64,000 nucleotides of DNA from Squalus acanthias (Eukaryota): assembly GCA_030390025.1 (NCBI GenBank), contig CM059425.1, positions 169,386,001-169,450,000 on the forward strand, in the 5' to 3' direction. A program made the position numbers and the translations under genes. The notes beneath the pieces are model-generated. The model was not told the DNA's origin. It made no database searches and saw nothing but the letters and a program-made list of their open reading frames with translations. Within the stretch, counting starts at the first letter, position 1. Every line of letters begins with the position of its first letter. This document shows positions 50,760-61,975 of this stretch, piece by piece.

Positions 50760-51160
50760 ATAGGAACAGGAGCAGGCCATTCAGCCCCTCAAGCCAGTTC
50801 TGACATTCAATCATGGCTTATCTGTATCCTAACTTCATCCACACGCCTTGACTCCATATCCCTTAATACCCTTGTAAAGCAAAAATCTATTGATCGCAGA
50901 TATAAAATTAATTGAGCTAGCATCTACTGCTTTTTGTGGGAAAGAGTTTCACACTTCTGCCACCCTTTGTGTAAAGAAGTGGTTCCTAACTTCTCTCCTG
51001 AATGGCCTGACTCTGATTTTAAGGTTATGTTGCCTTGTCCTGGACTCTCCCACCAGCGGAAAAAGTTTCTCTCTATCTACCCTATCAATTCCTTTCAAAA
51101 TACTAAAAAACGCAATCAAATCACCCCTTAACCTTTCATATTCCAGAGAATACAAGTCTA
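50760..51160 (-). mobile_element. CR1 3' fragment (tail also at ~49026-49037)
   Basis: ORF 50949-51155 reads YSLEYERLRGDLI...FFTQRV. Confidence 0.9.
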
Positions 51161-53237
51161 TAGCAGTATATTTTAAAGTTTTACACAGTCATCAGGAGTA
51201 ACATGGTACAAACATTAAAATCTTTTTGGCACTAACCATGAATAAATGCTGCTGTAAAAAATAAAAAATGATTCTGCTCTGTTAAGAGTCTTCGTTTCAT
51301 ACACAATTTTACTAATGCATATTTAAAAGAGCATTTATTCTATTTTCCAAACATTAAGGAATGCCATTTAAATTGATGTTTTGGGCAAATACTGTTGCAG
51401 AAGATTTTCTGCTTGGCGGGTTGCTGCTACATTAATGACTATAGCTATTCTTCAGTTACATTAGTGTTGAATTCCATAGAGTTATAAATGCATCATCAGT
51501 ATTCATGGCTGCAATGATTAAGTATGCAAACTATTTGGATATTAGCATTATTAGTGTCAGGTCATAATCCATAATGTAAGGACAGTCACTAAGTGTATAG
51601 ATTGCAGCCAGACTGAATGGGAAAAAGATTAAGATTTTTTACCCAAAGTGCTGCTGTTATCATCAGTCGCTCTTTTTAAAAGCCAAGCGGTTACAATGAA
51701 TTTTCATTACCTTCAATATCCCTTTGTTTATTTTTGCCTTTTCAGTGACTTTGTTTGAACACATTTATTAAAATATTTGATATATTTTCTTGTGTATGAA
51801 GCTAAAACATTTTTTTTCACTAAATTGTCATTATGAGCCAAATGAGAGTTCAGTGAAATAATTTTTCTTTAACATTACACAGAGGAAAATATGAGTGTTG
51901 TTGAGTGATAGTTTCTGTACTCACTTCGAGGAGTTACTGAACCCAACAGCGTGAGGAAACTGAATTAACATCAGGAGGCTATAAGTCATTAACCCAGGAT
52001 ATGTCAACTTCAAGTGTGCATTTTCAGTCATATCTGTCATAATAATGGGCTGAATTAGCCCCCCAAGAAAGAACCACAAAATGATATCATCAAGGCCCAG
52101 CATTTAAAGCTGCACTATCTTCACAAATAAATGTTTCACACGCCTCTTTAAAATAAAAATATTCAAAAGAACAAATCAGCAGTGAAATATACATAAGTAA
52201 AAGGATCTTAATGATAATTCTTTGCGACTGTTTTAGTTTTAAAAGACACTGACGTGACAGCAGCACTTTGAAGAGGAATCTTGAAATAATTTCTCATACA
52301 GTACAATCCCTAAGAAGTACCTACAGTAGTTTTAAGAAGATTTACACTCATTTGTAAATAACGCCTGGTCAGGAACTTGCACGCTCTATTGTTGTGAAAC
52401 ATGTTTAATTGCGTCCAGCAGCTACTGTGGTCAAATCTAATGGTTCTAGCAATTAATAAAGTAAAAAAGAACAAATCAAGAGCAATATCTGATCTGTGCT
52501 GATATATAACTGACTGACAAAATTGTTGTTCTAAATGACCTTGCATCCTTCAGCAGTTTTGCAGCATGTGCTTAAATGGAAATGATTTATAATTACGTTT
52601 AAATTTAGTGGTGAGATCAGATATTCCAATAACTCTTCCCTTTCTTATTCCTAAATACTTCCTCACTAATGAAGTTGAAGGAAAGACCTTAGGTGACCTG
52701 AGATAAATTAAGCTTCACACTGTTTCATGTTTAATATCATTAGTGCACTACCATAGACTTTCAGATTCAATCTCTTATAACTGGCCAGCTCCACTCGGTG
52801 TCCCATTGTTTGCTGCGGTCTACCAGCGGCCACCAACAAACAGATAGGTTTTTTAAAAACTTAAATTAATGTGGAGCTGGAAGGAGTGAGAGTGATCGAC
52901 CCAGCTCCACAGCACTACTTCTGGCTGCTGCTGGCTCACGCTAGCCCCCATCCCATTCTCCTCCCCCTCCTAGGACTTACCTCAGGGCCCATGCCGGTGA
53001 GGCAAGTGGCCAAAATCGGATCCCAATACACCAGCGAGCTGCCTTCAGAGGTGTGACAGGAACTGGCAGCTCGCCACTATTATTCCAATGAGGTCTGAGG
53101 CCGAATTTCTGTCGAGCCTCGGGCCTCCTGGTTTGGGCATGTGCTGGACGCACACCATCAATTACGTGTCCAAAAACGGGCCATAACGAGCTTTTACTGC
53201 ACTGAATGAAGGAGATGTCAACTAGCTACAGAAGAAT

Positions 53238-53393
53238 ACAAAGGAATTTCCTTGGTGCTGCTCCCACACTGCTGCTTTAACTTTGCTGAAAGTGCAGCGG
53301 ATATCCCGTTTACGCATGTAAACAGGGTTCCTGCCACACGTTCGTTGAAGTTTCGATGGCAGAGCGGGAGCAGTTCCAAGGAAATTCCCAGCC
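53238..53393. repeat. Palindromic MITE
   Basis: Arms gaatttccttgg..ctgctccc / gggagcag..ccaaggaaattc around the centre gtttacgcatgtaaac. Confidence 0.65.
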
Positions 53394-54149
53394 ATTGTTT
53401 CCATAATTTTCACCTACTTCATACAGAAAAACCTGTAAGAAAAATGCAGAGATAAATTGCACAGTCTGCATCATAAGCTTAATCATGTTCTGAAAGAGTG
53501 CAAAACCCAAATATGGATATCAGAAAAAAGCAATGCCAGTCACTCCCTATTAAATGCACTGTAGACTACAAGGAATAGAGGTGCATCCCACTAAATAACA
53601 GTGAAAGGATCAGATTGTCTTTCTACATCCTCGTGTTGATTTGGAGGTTCCTCACTAGTTTACTTGTTAGGAGTGTTGTAACAGGTGCACCACCTTAACA
53701 TCACAGGAATGTAGTTTAGCTGCACTTGTATGCCTAATAACAACTCTACAAGCTCCCCCAATAGCTCAACAAGTTTATCCAGTGAGTAGGTGAGCCATTC
53801 AAACCAAAAACTTCACAGGTTTGATGCTCAGTTTGTGCTGAATTAGCTGATCTTAGTGCTACAATAGATTTCAGTCCCTTGCATTAGGGAAGGGAAGATC
53901 AATCAAGGTTTTCATGCCTGATCACTATCCAATGCCCCCTATCTAATGCCATTGGGCCAGTCAGGCCTGTACTGGTACATTCTATTCTGTCAAAGGTACT
54001 GCTGGAATGCAAACCCAATTCTCCTATTGATTAGAGAGGTACTTTAGGCTCTACGCTGCATATCAAGCCCTTAATGGGTGCTTGACTGAAGTACTGGAGA
54101 AGGTAGTTTAATACTATTTCACCTCTGTTAAAATAGCTGAAGAAGGAAA

Positions 54150-54912
54150 CTCATACTTTGTATCCCATACATAATACCCCATATAATTATATTGCATACG
54201 CTAGTATCCGTTATACTTATATCCTATACACTAGTGATCCATACACTGGTATCAGTTGCACGGTATCCCAGACACTATGACATGGATTTTAATACTTTGG
54301 CGGGTTGGGAGTGGGTGGAGGGTTCGGAAGTGGTTGGGAAACTCGGGAGAGCGGGTTTCCCGACCGCTTCCGAGCCTCCCAAATTTAATGGCAGGGCCTG
54401 CTTTGCATTTGAAACCTCTGTTTCCCACCCGCAGCCAGCCAGATGGAGAGACTGGCGGGGGTGGGGGTCTCCGATTGCTGGAGGTGGGTTAGGCAGGGAC
54501 GCTGGAACCAGAAGGTAAATGTAATGGCACTTAACTCCTGGATCCAGTAGTCCTCGCCTTCCATTAGCTGGCGGGTTTCACAAGGCTTGCAAAACCTGAC
54601 CAGCCACAGTTAAATTTTAAATGGTGGTTAAATACGAGGCACGCCAGCCTCATTATAATATTTAAATGGGCGACCCGCCTCCTGGGAGCGGGTTGGTTGC
54701 CTGCCCCCCATCTCGCCTCCGTTACAACCGGAATTGGGCAGGTTGGAGGTGGGTTCTGGTCGGGATTCAGATTGTTAACACTTTAACTTCACACCCGACC
54801 CCAACCTATCGGTTTTTAGGTTAAAATCCCCCCACCGCCCTATATCCAGGACACTTATATCCCTTTCACTAATATCCCAAACACATATTCCATATACTGT
54901 ACTAGTATCCCA
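54150..54912. repeat. Degenerate ~15-bp minisatellite (actagtatcccatac-like) split by a MITE
   Basis: Recurring tatccc / atacact units on both sides of 54279-54840. Confidence 0.55.
54279..54840. mobile_element. Harbinger-like MITE, inverted relative of 21164-22658
   Basis: Shares cagcctcattataatatttaaat and ctcctggatccag blocks. Likely TAT TSD. Confidence 0.78.
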
Positions 54913-55097
54913 AAGTGTTTTTTCAAGGCTAATTTTAATCACTAATGATTGTCAGTCCTTTGATCACTAGGTTCGTACTTCTGAGAACCTTACAACAGAG
55001 ACAGAATGAAAACGAGGCTTTTCCCTAAAAATTATTTCACAAACTGAACAGTTGTCTATATGTTATCCCAATCTAGCTAATCTATGACTAATGATCA

Positions 55098-55181
55098 CTA
55101 CAACAACAACAACATGCATTTATATAGCGCCTTTATTGTAGTAAAATGTCCCAAGGCGCTTCACAAGAGTGTTATCGAACA
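55098..55181 (-). mobile_element. Short L2/SINE tail insertion with 9-bp TSD
   Basis: (caa)n-tgcatttatatagcgcc...cccaaggcgcttcaca flanked by TAATGATCA on both sides. Confidence 0.75.
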
Positions 55182-55847
55182 TAATGATCAGAGAATGCCA
55201 ATGAATAGTTGGGGAAGAATGAAATTAAAGATTAACCTAGAATACACACACATAGACTAGTCAGTTCTTTTCTATTTTTACAAATCTCACTGTTTAACTA
55301 CACATGTATGGAGCTCTGTTTCCCCAGATTGAAAGTTGATGCAAGTAGGCACTAGAAAGCAATTCAGTTATTAACAAACAAGACTTCATCAGGATTGATA
55401 GTTAAGATACAAGCTGACGACCATGAAGCTGTAACACAAATAACCACACATAAGGGGAGAGCAATGAATGCTTATTCTCATTGGTACAAGTCTGCAATGA
55501 GTCACTGTTTGAACTACAGTAACATGCCATCAGGACTTTGGTCACTATAGACCTTACTGTTGAAGACCTCACAACAGAGACAGAATCAAACATTTTCCCA
55601 TGAAACATAGTTCATATATTGTCTGACCATCCTTTGAGATCTTATCCTAACACCACCAATCTATCACTAATGATCAGAGAATGCCAATTGATAATGGGGG
55701 AAGAACAAAAATTAAGATTGACCCAAACTGCTCCTACTGCAATTGCATATTTTCAGAATTTACTTCAAATACCCGAAACACCTCATTACTCTTTCTGTTT
55801 TTCTGTCACTTCCTCTGATTTAATCTGCCTCAGTTTATTATTTTTTT

Positions 55848-58262
55848 TAAGAACATAAGAAATAGGAACAGAAGTAGGCCATACGGCCCCTCGAGCCTGC
55901 TCCGCCATGCAATAAGATCATGGCTGATCATCGACCTCAACTCCACTTTCCCGCCCGATCTCCATATCCCTTGATTCCCCTAGAGTCCAACAATCTATCT
56001 ATCTCAGCCTTGAATATACTCAAAGACTCAGCATTCACAGCCATCTGGGGCAGAAAATTCCAAAGATTCACAACCCTCTGAGTGAAGAAATTCCTCCTCA
56101 CTTCGGTCTTAAATGGCCGACCCCTTATCCTGAGACTATGCCCCCTAATTCTAGACTCTCCAGCCAGGGGAAACAACCTCTCAACATCTACCCTGTCAAT
56201 CCCCTTCAGAATCTTGTATGTTTCAATGAGATCACCTCTCATTCTTCTAAACTCCAGAGAGTATAGGCCCATTCTACACAATCTCTCATCATAGGACAAC
56301 CCTATCATCCCAGGAATCAATCTAGTGAACCTTCGTTGCCCCGCCTCCAAGGCAAGCATATCCTTTCTTAGATAAGGAGACCAAAACTGTGCACAGTACT
56401 CCAGGTGTGGTCTCACCAAGGCCCTGTACAATTGTAGCAAGACTTCCTTACTCTTATACTCCAACTCCCTTGCAATGAAGGCTAACATGCTATTTGCCTT
56501 CCTTATTGCTAGCTGTACCTGCATGCCAGCTTTCTGTGTTTCTAGCACGAGGACAACCAAATCTCTCTGAACACCAACATTTAAAAGTTTCTCGCCATTT
56601 AAAAAATATTCTGTCTTTCTATTCTTCCTACCAAAGTGAATAACCTCACATTTCCCTACATTATACTCCATCTGCCACCTTACTGTCCACTCACTTAGTC
56701 TATCTATATCCCTTTGCAGACTCTTTGGGCTGGATTTTATCAATGGGGACACGTTGGGGGCGGGACTGCTTGTTGTCAGGTTTCAGTCCCACCCCCAACG
56801 ACGTCCAGCCAACTCACGCTATTTTCCCTTGATTGACCTTGTTAAGCCCGCCCTGCGGGCTTAGCAGTCCAATTAAGGGAAAGCCGGTGACAGAGGACAT
56901 CAACGTAGGACGTTTCATCTACAGATGAATTGTCATCGTTTGACAGCTTTGAGAAGCTATCAAACACTGACAATCTCTATTCTTTGGTGAGTCCTTGAGC
57001 TGAAGACTCACCAAACCTCTTTCCTGAGCAGAAAGCAGATGGCTGTTGCATCGGAGAATGCAGCAGCTGTTCCGTCATCTCTGCTGTGGAGATGAGGAGC
57101 CTCCGGATCCCCAAGGGTTGAAGCCTGCAGGAAGAAGCAAAGGTAAGTAAACCTTTTATATCACTTTACACTCACCTCCCATACTTACCTCTCCACACTT
57201 GCACTTTTCGACCCCTCTCACTTCCGCAGACCCACTGCTCGCCTCGCTGACCCTGGCGAGGTTCGCAGCCGTTGGGAAGCCCGCACTTGTGTGGGTAAAA
57301 TGAAGGTAAGCCTCTTAACTGCCTGTTAACTACCTGTTAATAGGCAGTTAATTGGCTGTAATCCCCTTCCCGCCTCAAGGAGACGGGTCCCTGCGAGAGT
57401 CGGGCACCCGCCTCCTGGGAAGATGACACGGAGGCGGGTTGGGAGCGGGGTTGGTACCTGCTCCCAGTTTTTGACATTTTCCCGGCAGTCCCGCCTCCAT
57501 ACCTGCCTCCTCAGGGCTGGCAATAGCCTGCTCCCTGGTTGGTTCCATGATGTATTGTTCTAGGAAACTGTCTGAATGCATTTTATGAACTCATCCTCCA
57601 GACTACCTTTGCCAATTTGATTTGTCCAGTCTATATGAAGATTAAACTCCCCCACGATTATTGCATTACCTTTGTTACAAGCTCCTTCTATTTCTTGATT
57701 AATATTCTGTCCAATGGTATAGCTACTGTTAGGGGGCCTATATACTACTCCCACCAATGTTTTTTGCCCCTTGTTATTCCTTATCTCCACCCATACTGAT
57801 TCTACTTCCTGATCTTCCGAGCTGAGATCCTTTCTCTCTACAGTCCTTATGTCATCCTTTATTATCAGGGCTAACCCCCCTCCTTTTTCATTCTGCCTGT
57901 CTTTTCGAAACATCAAGTACCCTGGAACATTTAGTTCCCAACCTTGGTCATCTTGCAACCATGTCTCTGTAATGGCTATTAGATCAATCCCATTTATCTC
58001 TATTTGTGCCACTAGTTCATCTATCTTGTTACAAATGCTTCATGAATTCAGATAAAGAGCCTTTAATTTAATTTAATTTTTTTTACCATTATTCCCTGCT
58101 TTGACCTTATTCTCTGCTGTACTGCTACCGTTAAACTTTCTGTCCCTTCCTGTCACACTCTGCTTATTTTTACCCAAATCGCTACACTGCTCTATTGCCT
58201 TGACCTTTTTCTTTAGATTTCTAAATTTCCCCTCACCTGACCCCTCCCCCCCTTTTTTAGAT
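55848..58262 (-). mobile_element. CR1 LINE: ORF2 C-terminus (55937-56726) and APE endonuclease N-terminus (57523-58060); the RT core is deleted
   Basis: ORF 57560-58012 reads DLIAITETWL...GVVYRPP...IIVGEFN. ORF 55937-56752 covers the C-terminus. Confidence 0.93.
56727..57522 (-). mobile_element. MITE family E, copy 3, one TIR lost
   Basis: Begins GGGCTGGATTTTATCAATGGGG (rc of the 39152 end) and stops at cagggctggca, short of the TIR. Confidence 0.9.
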
Positions 58263-59534
58263 TAAAAATATTGAGATTGTTTATTGCAGAAATGTTTGAT
58301 TAGTAGCTGAACAGAGTCAGATTCAACAGGGATATAATGTGATCCATATCATATAGGGAGTAAATACAGTTACAAGTATGTTTAACTAAATCAAGTAGTT
58401 TCATCACTCATCTTGTCCAGGCCTGGTCTACTTCAATTTCTTGCTCCTAATCTGTTTCTCTGTCTCTCTCTCTCCACACCTGATTAGAATTACTTTACTG
58501 TGTATTGTACCCAATCCCAATATTTTTCAATTTTCTCATTATAGTCCTCTCTAGATCTTTTTCTGTTATATCTACCTGACCTTCCAATTTCATCTCCCAG
58601 CCTTTCAAATTTGTGTTTCAAAAAGTAAATCTTAATTCATTCTTCAGTTGTTTTATTGGTTTTATCCTTTTTTCTTATCAGTCTTCTCTTGCTATCATGT
58701 CCATTTTCACTTACAGACATGCTCTTTTTTAACTCATTCATTTTCTTTGTTACTTCTTTCTCTGTGTCTCCTGCTGACTTTAATTGCTCTCTGTAGTGCC
58801 CTCTCTATGAGCTTCTTATTTCCCACACCCTTACTCTTTACTTCTTTATTCAGGTCTTGCATCAAGGTTGCCAATGGAGGATCACATCACCAAATGTCAG
58901 GTCTGCATGTCTGGTTCCCCTAATATACCAATTTACCTAAAATGGGATTAAAGCTATTTTATGTTCCGTATCAATACCAAAGTTAGGTGTGGTACAAATC
59001 AAATAATCTTTGAAGATCAGTGGTTCACAGAAAAATAAATCTTTTCTTGACATCAGACTACATAACCAAGAGCCCAGAGCTATGCGAGCTCATGTCACTA
59101 GCTGGTTTATTTTTTTGTGTTTTCTCCATTGTTTATTCAATATATAAATCATGAGAGTGAAGGAAGAACAGCTGAAGCCCAACTTGGTCCCAATTAGCAA
59201 AGGTCTCCAGAATCAAAAAAAATGTGATTTTAATTTTTAATTTGAAGAATTTGTGGACACGCTCTATTCTCCAAATGTGCATTCATGGAAAATTTGCTTA
59301 CGTGTGGAATTTGTACAGCTCATAACACTTCCTACTAATGTGGAAATATCTCATCACCGATTAGTGAGCAAGTGATATTCAGAAAGCATTATGGAGGCAC
59401 AAATCAGCAATTTGCAGCAATTAGAATTAATGGAGCCTTTAGTTCTTGTTAATTTTCCACAAATAATATAAAAACCATATATCATTAATACCAATAATCT
59501 GTACCAATGGTCTGGCATAGAGAAGATGATAGCT

Positions 59535-60210
59535 TACATTTATATAGTACCCCTCACATAACAAAATGTACCAAGGTGCTTTACAAGGGGGAGCAGTGGA
59601 CATCAAACATTGAATATGATAGAAGTTGCGAGAAATGACATAAGGCAAGGTCGAAAAGTTACGTTTCGAGGAGTCATTTGAAAGTGTAGAGAAAGTTAGC
59701 AAGATTAAGAGGATTATGAAGAGAATTCTGGAATGCACAGGCAAGATGGTTGATGGTTCTCCATGGATGGTGGTGCAGAGGGCGAGGGAGTACACATTAG
59801 AACAGAGTCTGAGGAGAACCAATGGAGGATGCATGCTTGGCTGTAGGGCTGGAGAAGATTACAGAAATAAGGTGGAGTGAGATCACGTTGGAATTTGAAT
59901 ACAAGTACAAAGGTTTTGTTGTTAACATACTGGAGGGAAGGAACCAAGTGGAGCACAGAAGTGATGGTTGTGTGGTACTTTGTGCAAGATAGAATTTAGA
60001 CACAAATTTCTGGGAGAGGTAGAGTTTGTTTAGGGTGAAGCTGGAAAGCATGGGAAAGTGTTGGAAATATTAAGCTTTGAGATGACAAAAGAGTGGATAA
60101 GGTATTAGCAGTGGTAGGTTGAGATAGGGGGATTGGTAGTGATGTTCAAGAGTTGGAAATAAGTAGTCATAATATTGGACTCGATGTGGGGTTTGAAGTT
60201 CATCTTAGGG
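59535..60210 (-). mobile_element. Old L2 fragment
   Basis: L2 tail (catttatatagtacc...ccaaggtgctttaca) and ORF 59714-59956 with KTFVLVFK...PPYFCNLLQPY. Confidence 0.7.
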
Positions 60211-60605
60211 TTCATTATTTATTTCTTCTAGGTGGGCAGTGCTTCTTTGATGACCTGACCTGGTCTGGACAGGTCTGTTGGCTTTTTCTTTGTGCATTAC
60301 CTTAGACTGATCACAATGTTACTTGATTCTGTGATGATATTTACAGATTTGCTGCAATATCACCATATTTCTGTGATGATCTGAAGTAGGGATGGCCAAA
60401 TAACTGGCCATGGAAAGTCCTGAGCTAAAAAATGAGGATACCCTGTCAGTTGCAAAAATTACCTCCTTCCTTCTGCATTAGCCAGCTGTATTTCATTTAT
60501 TAGGTGCTGTAAAGGGGAAAAAGTAGACTTAATATGTTGCAGGATAAGATGAAATTAACTAAAGAGCAATCTACTCCAAGCCTATTTTGTGACCTCTGAT
60601 ATATA

Positions 60606-61369
60606 GGCCCGAAAATTAGACCTAATACGCGAGAGTACGCACTGTGTACTCTCGCGTATTAGTTCCAGAATTGCCAGTTTCCTGCATGCACTGCGCATGC
60701 GCGGGAAACCGGCACTTTGTGTATTGCAAAGAGGGCAGTTCCTAAGTGAACCGCGTGCACACTACAGGCTGCGCGCACGCAGTGCACTTAGTTTTTTTTT
60801 CAGGTTTGAACGCGCAGGTCAGTGGTGAAGATTTTACACATAAAGAAAGCAGGCGTAGGACCCCCTTTTAACAAGGTAAGTAGTTAATTAAGTGTTATTT
60901 TAATTTTTTTTCAACAGGTTTATCTTTTTTAGAGACTTTAAAGAAAGGTAAGTTTATTTTTATAACTTTTAAAAAGATTTTAAATTTTTTCAAAAATTTA
61001 ATTTTTTGTTTAAAGTGGTTAATTTATTTAACTATAGTTATTTTATTAATGTGATGGCTTTTTTTAAAATTTAATTGAGGTTTAGCTGTTCTTTTGGGGG
61101 CTTGTAGTATTCATAGCTTTGACAGCCCTTGCTGTCAAAACTATGAATGAAAGATGGTGTGCTGCCATTGGCTCTAACTGAATCACGTGATCCCAGAGCT
61201 CGCACGAACTAATTGCGCCTCTGGGACACGCAAGCACTGCACGCTGGCAACAGGGAGAGGCCCTGAAACTGAAGTTCGTGTGGGCCCGAAACAAAAAGGT
61301 AGGCGCGGAGTGCGATATCGCGGGGAATCCTTACCCCCGCGGGAACCATCGATGTTTAATTTCTGGGCC
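60606..61369. mobile_element. Harbinger-type MITE with AT-rich core and subterminal hairpins
   Basis: TIRs GGCCCGAAAATTAGAC / GTTTAATTTCTGGGCC, ATA TSD. Confidence 0.85.
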
Positions 61370-61491
61370 ATAGTCATGCACATTTTTATGGTTTTCTTTA
61401 TAGTAGAGAAGCTATGTCATTCATATTCTAGCACACTTTTAGTATGGTTTTCAAAGGCAAGATTCCCAAGGAAGCTTATTCTAACATACCA

Positions 61492-61900
61492 ACTTGGCTC
61501 AGTTTGTAACTTCTGAGTTAGAAGGTTGTAGGTTCAAGGCCCAATCCATGGACTTGAACAAATAATCTTGCCTGACTGCTGCACTGCCTTAGGTGCCATC
61601 CTTTGAATGAAACATTAAACTGAGGCTCTCTGCCTGTTTTTTTTGTGTTTCGGCAAATTTGAGTAAGTGAACTGAATTCTCCTGGTCTTCTCTCCTGACC
61701 AACATTCCTCCCTCAACCAATACCAGCAAAAGCAGAATAACTGGCCAATCATATCATTGCTATTAGGGGGCACTTGTTGGGCACAAAATTGTTGTTGTGT
61801 TTGCCTACATGCCAACAGTCCATGTAATTCATTCTTTGTGTAGCTCTTTGAGATGCTCCAGAGAGAGGTGATAAATTGTTGTATAAATGCAACTCTTTCT
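61492..61900 (+). mobile_element. Degenerate DeuSINE
   Basis: ttggctcagtt...ggttcaag head, ggtgccatcctttgaatgaaacattaaac core, tataaatgcaa tail. Confidence 0.7.
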
Positions 61901-61975
61901 GTGGTATCAGGAATTTCAGTCTTTTTATTGTTCGATTGTGTTTACAAGTAATGCTGGCAGGTATCAAGAGACTAG

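Noticed and set aside
51500..52620. AT-rich non-repetitive stretch as a conserved enhancer or exon
   Set aside because: This cannot be supported without cross-species alignment, and its short ORFs look random.
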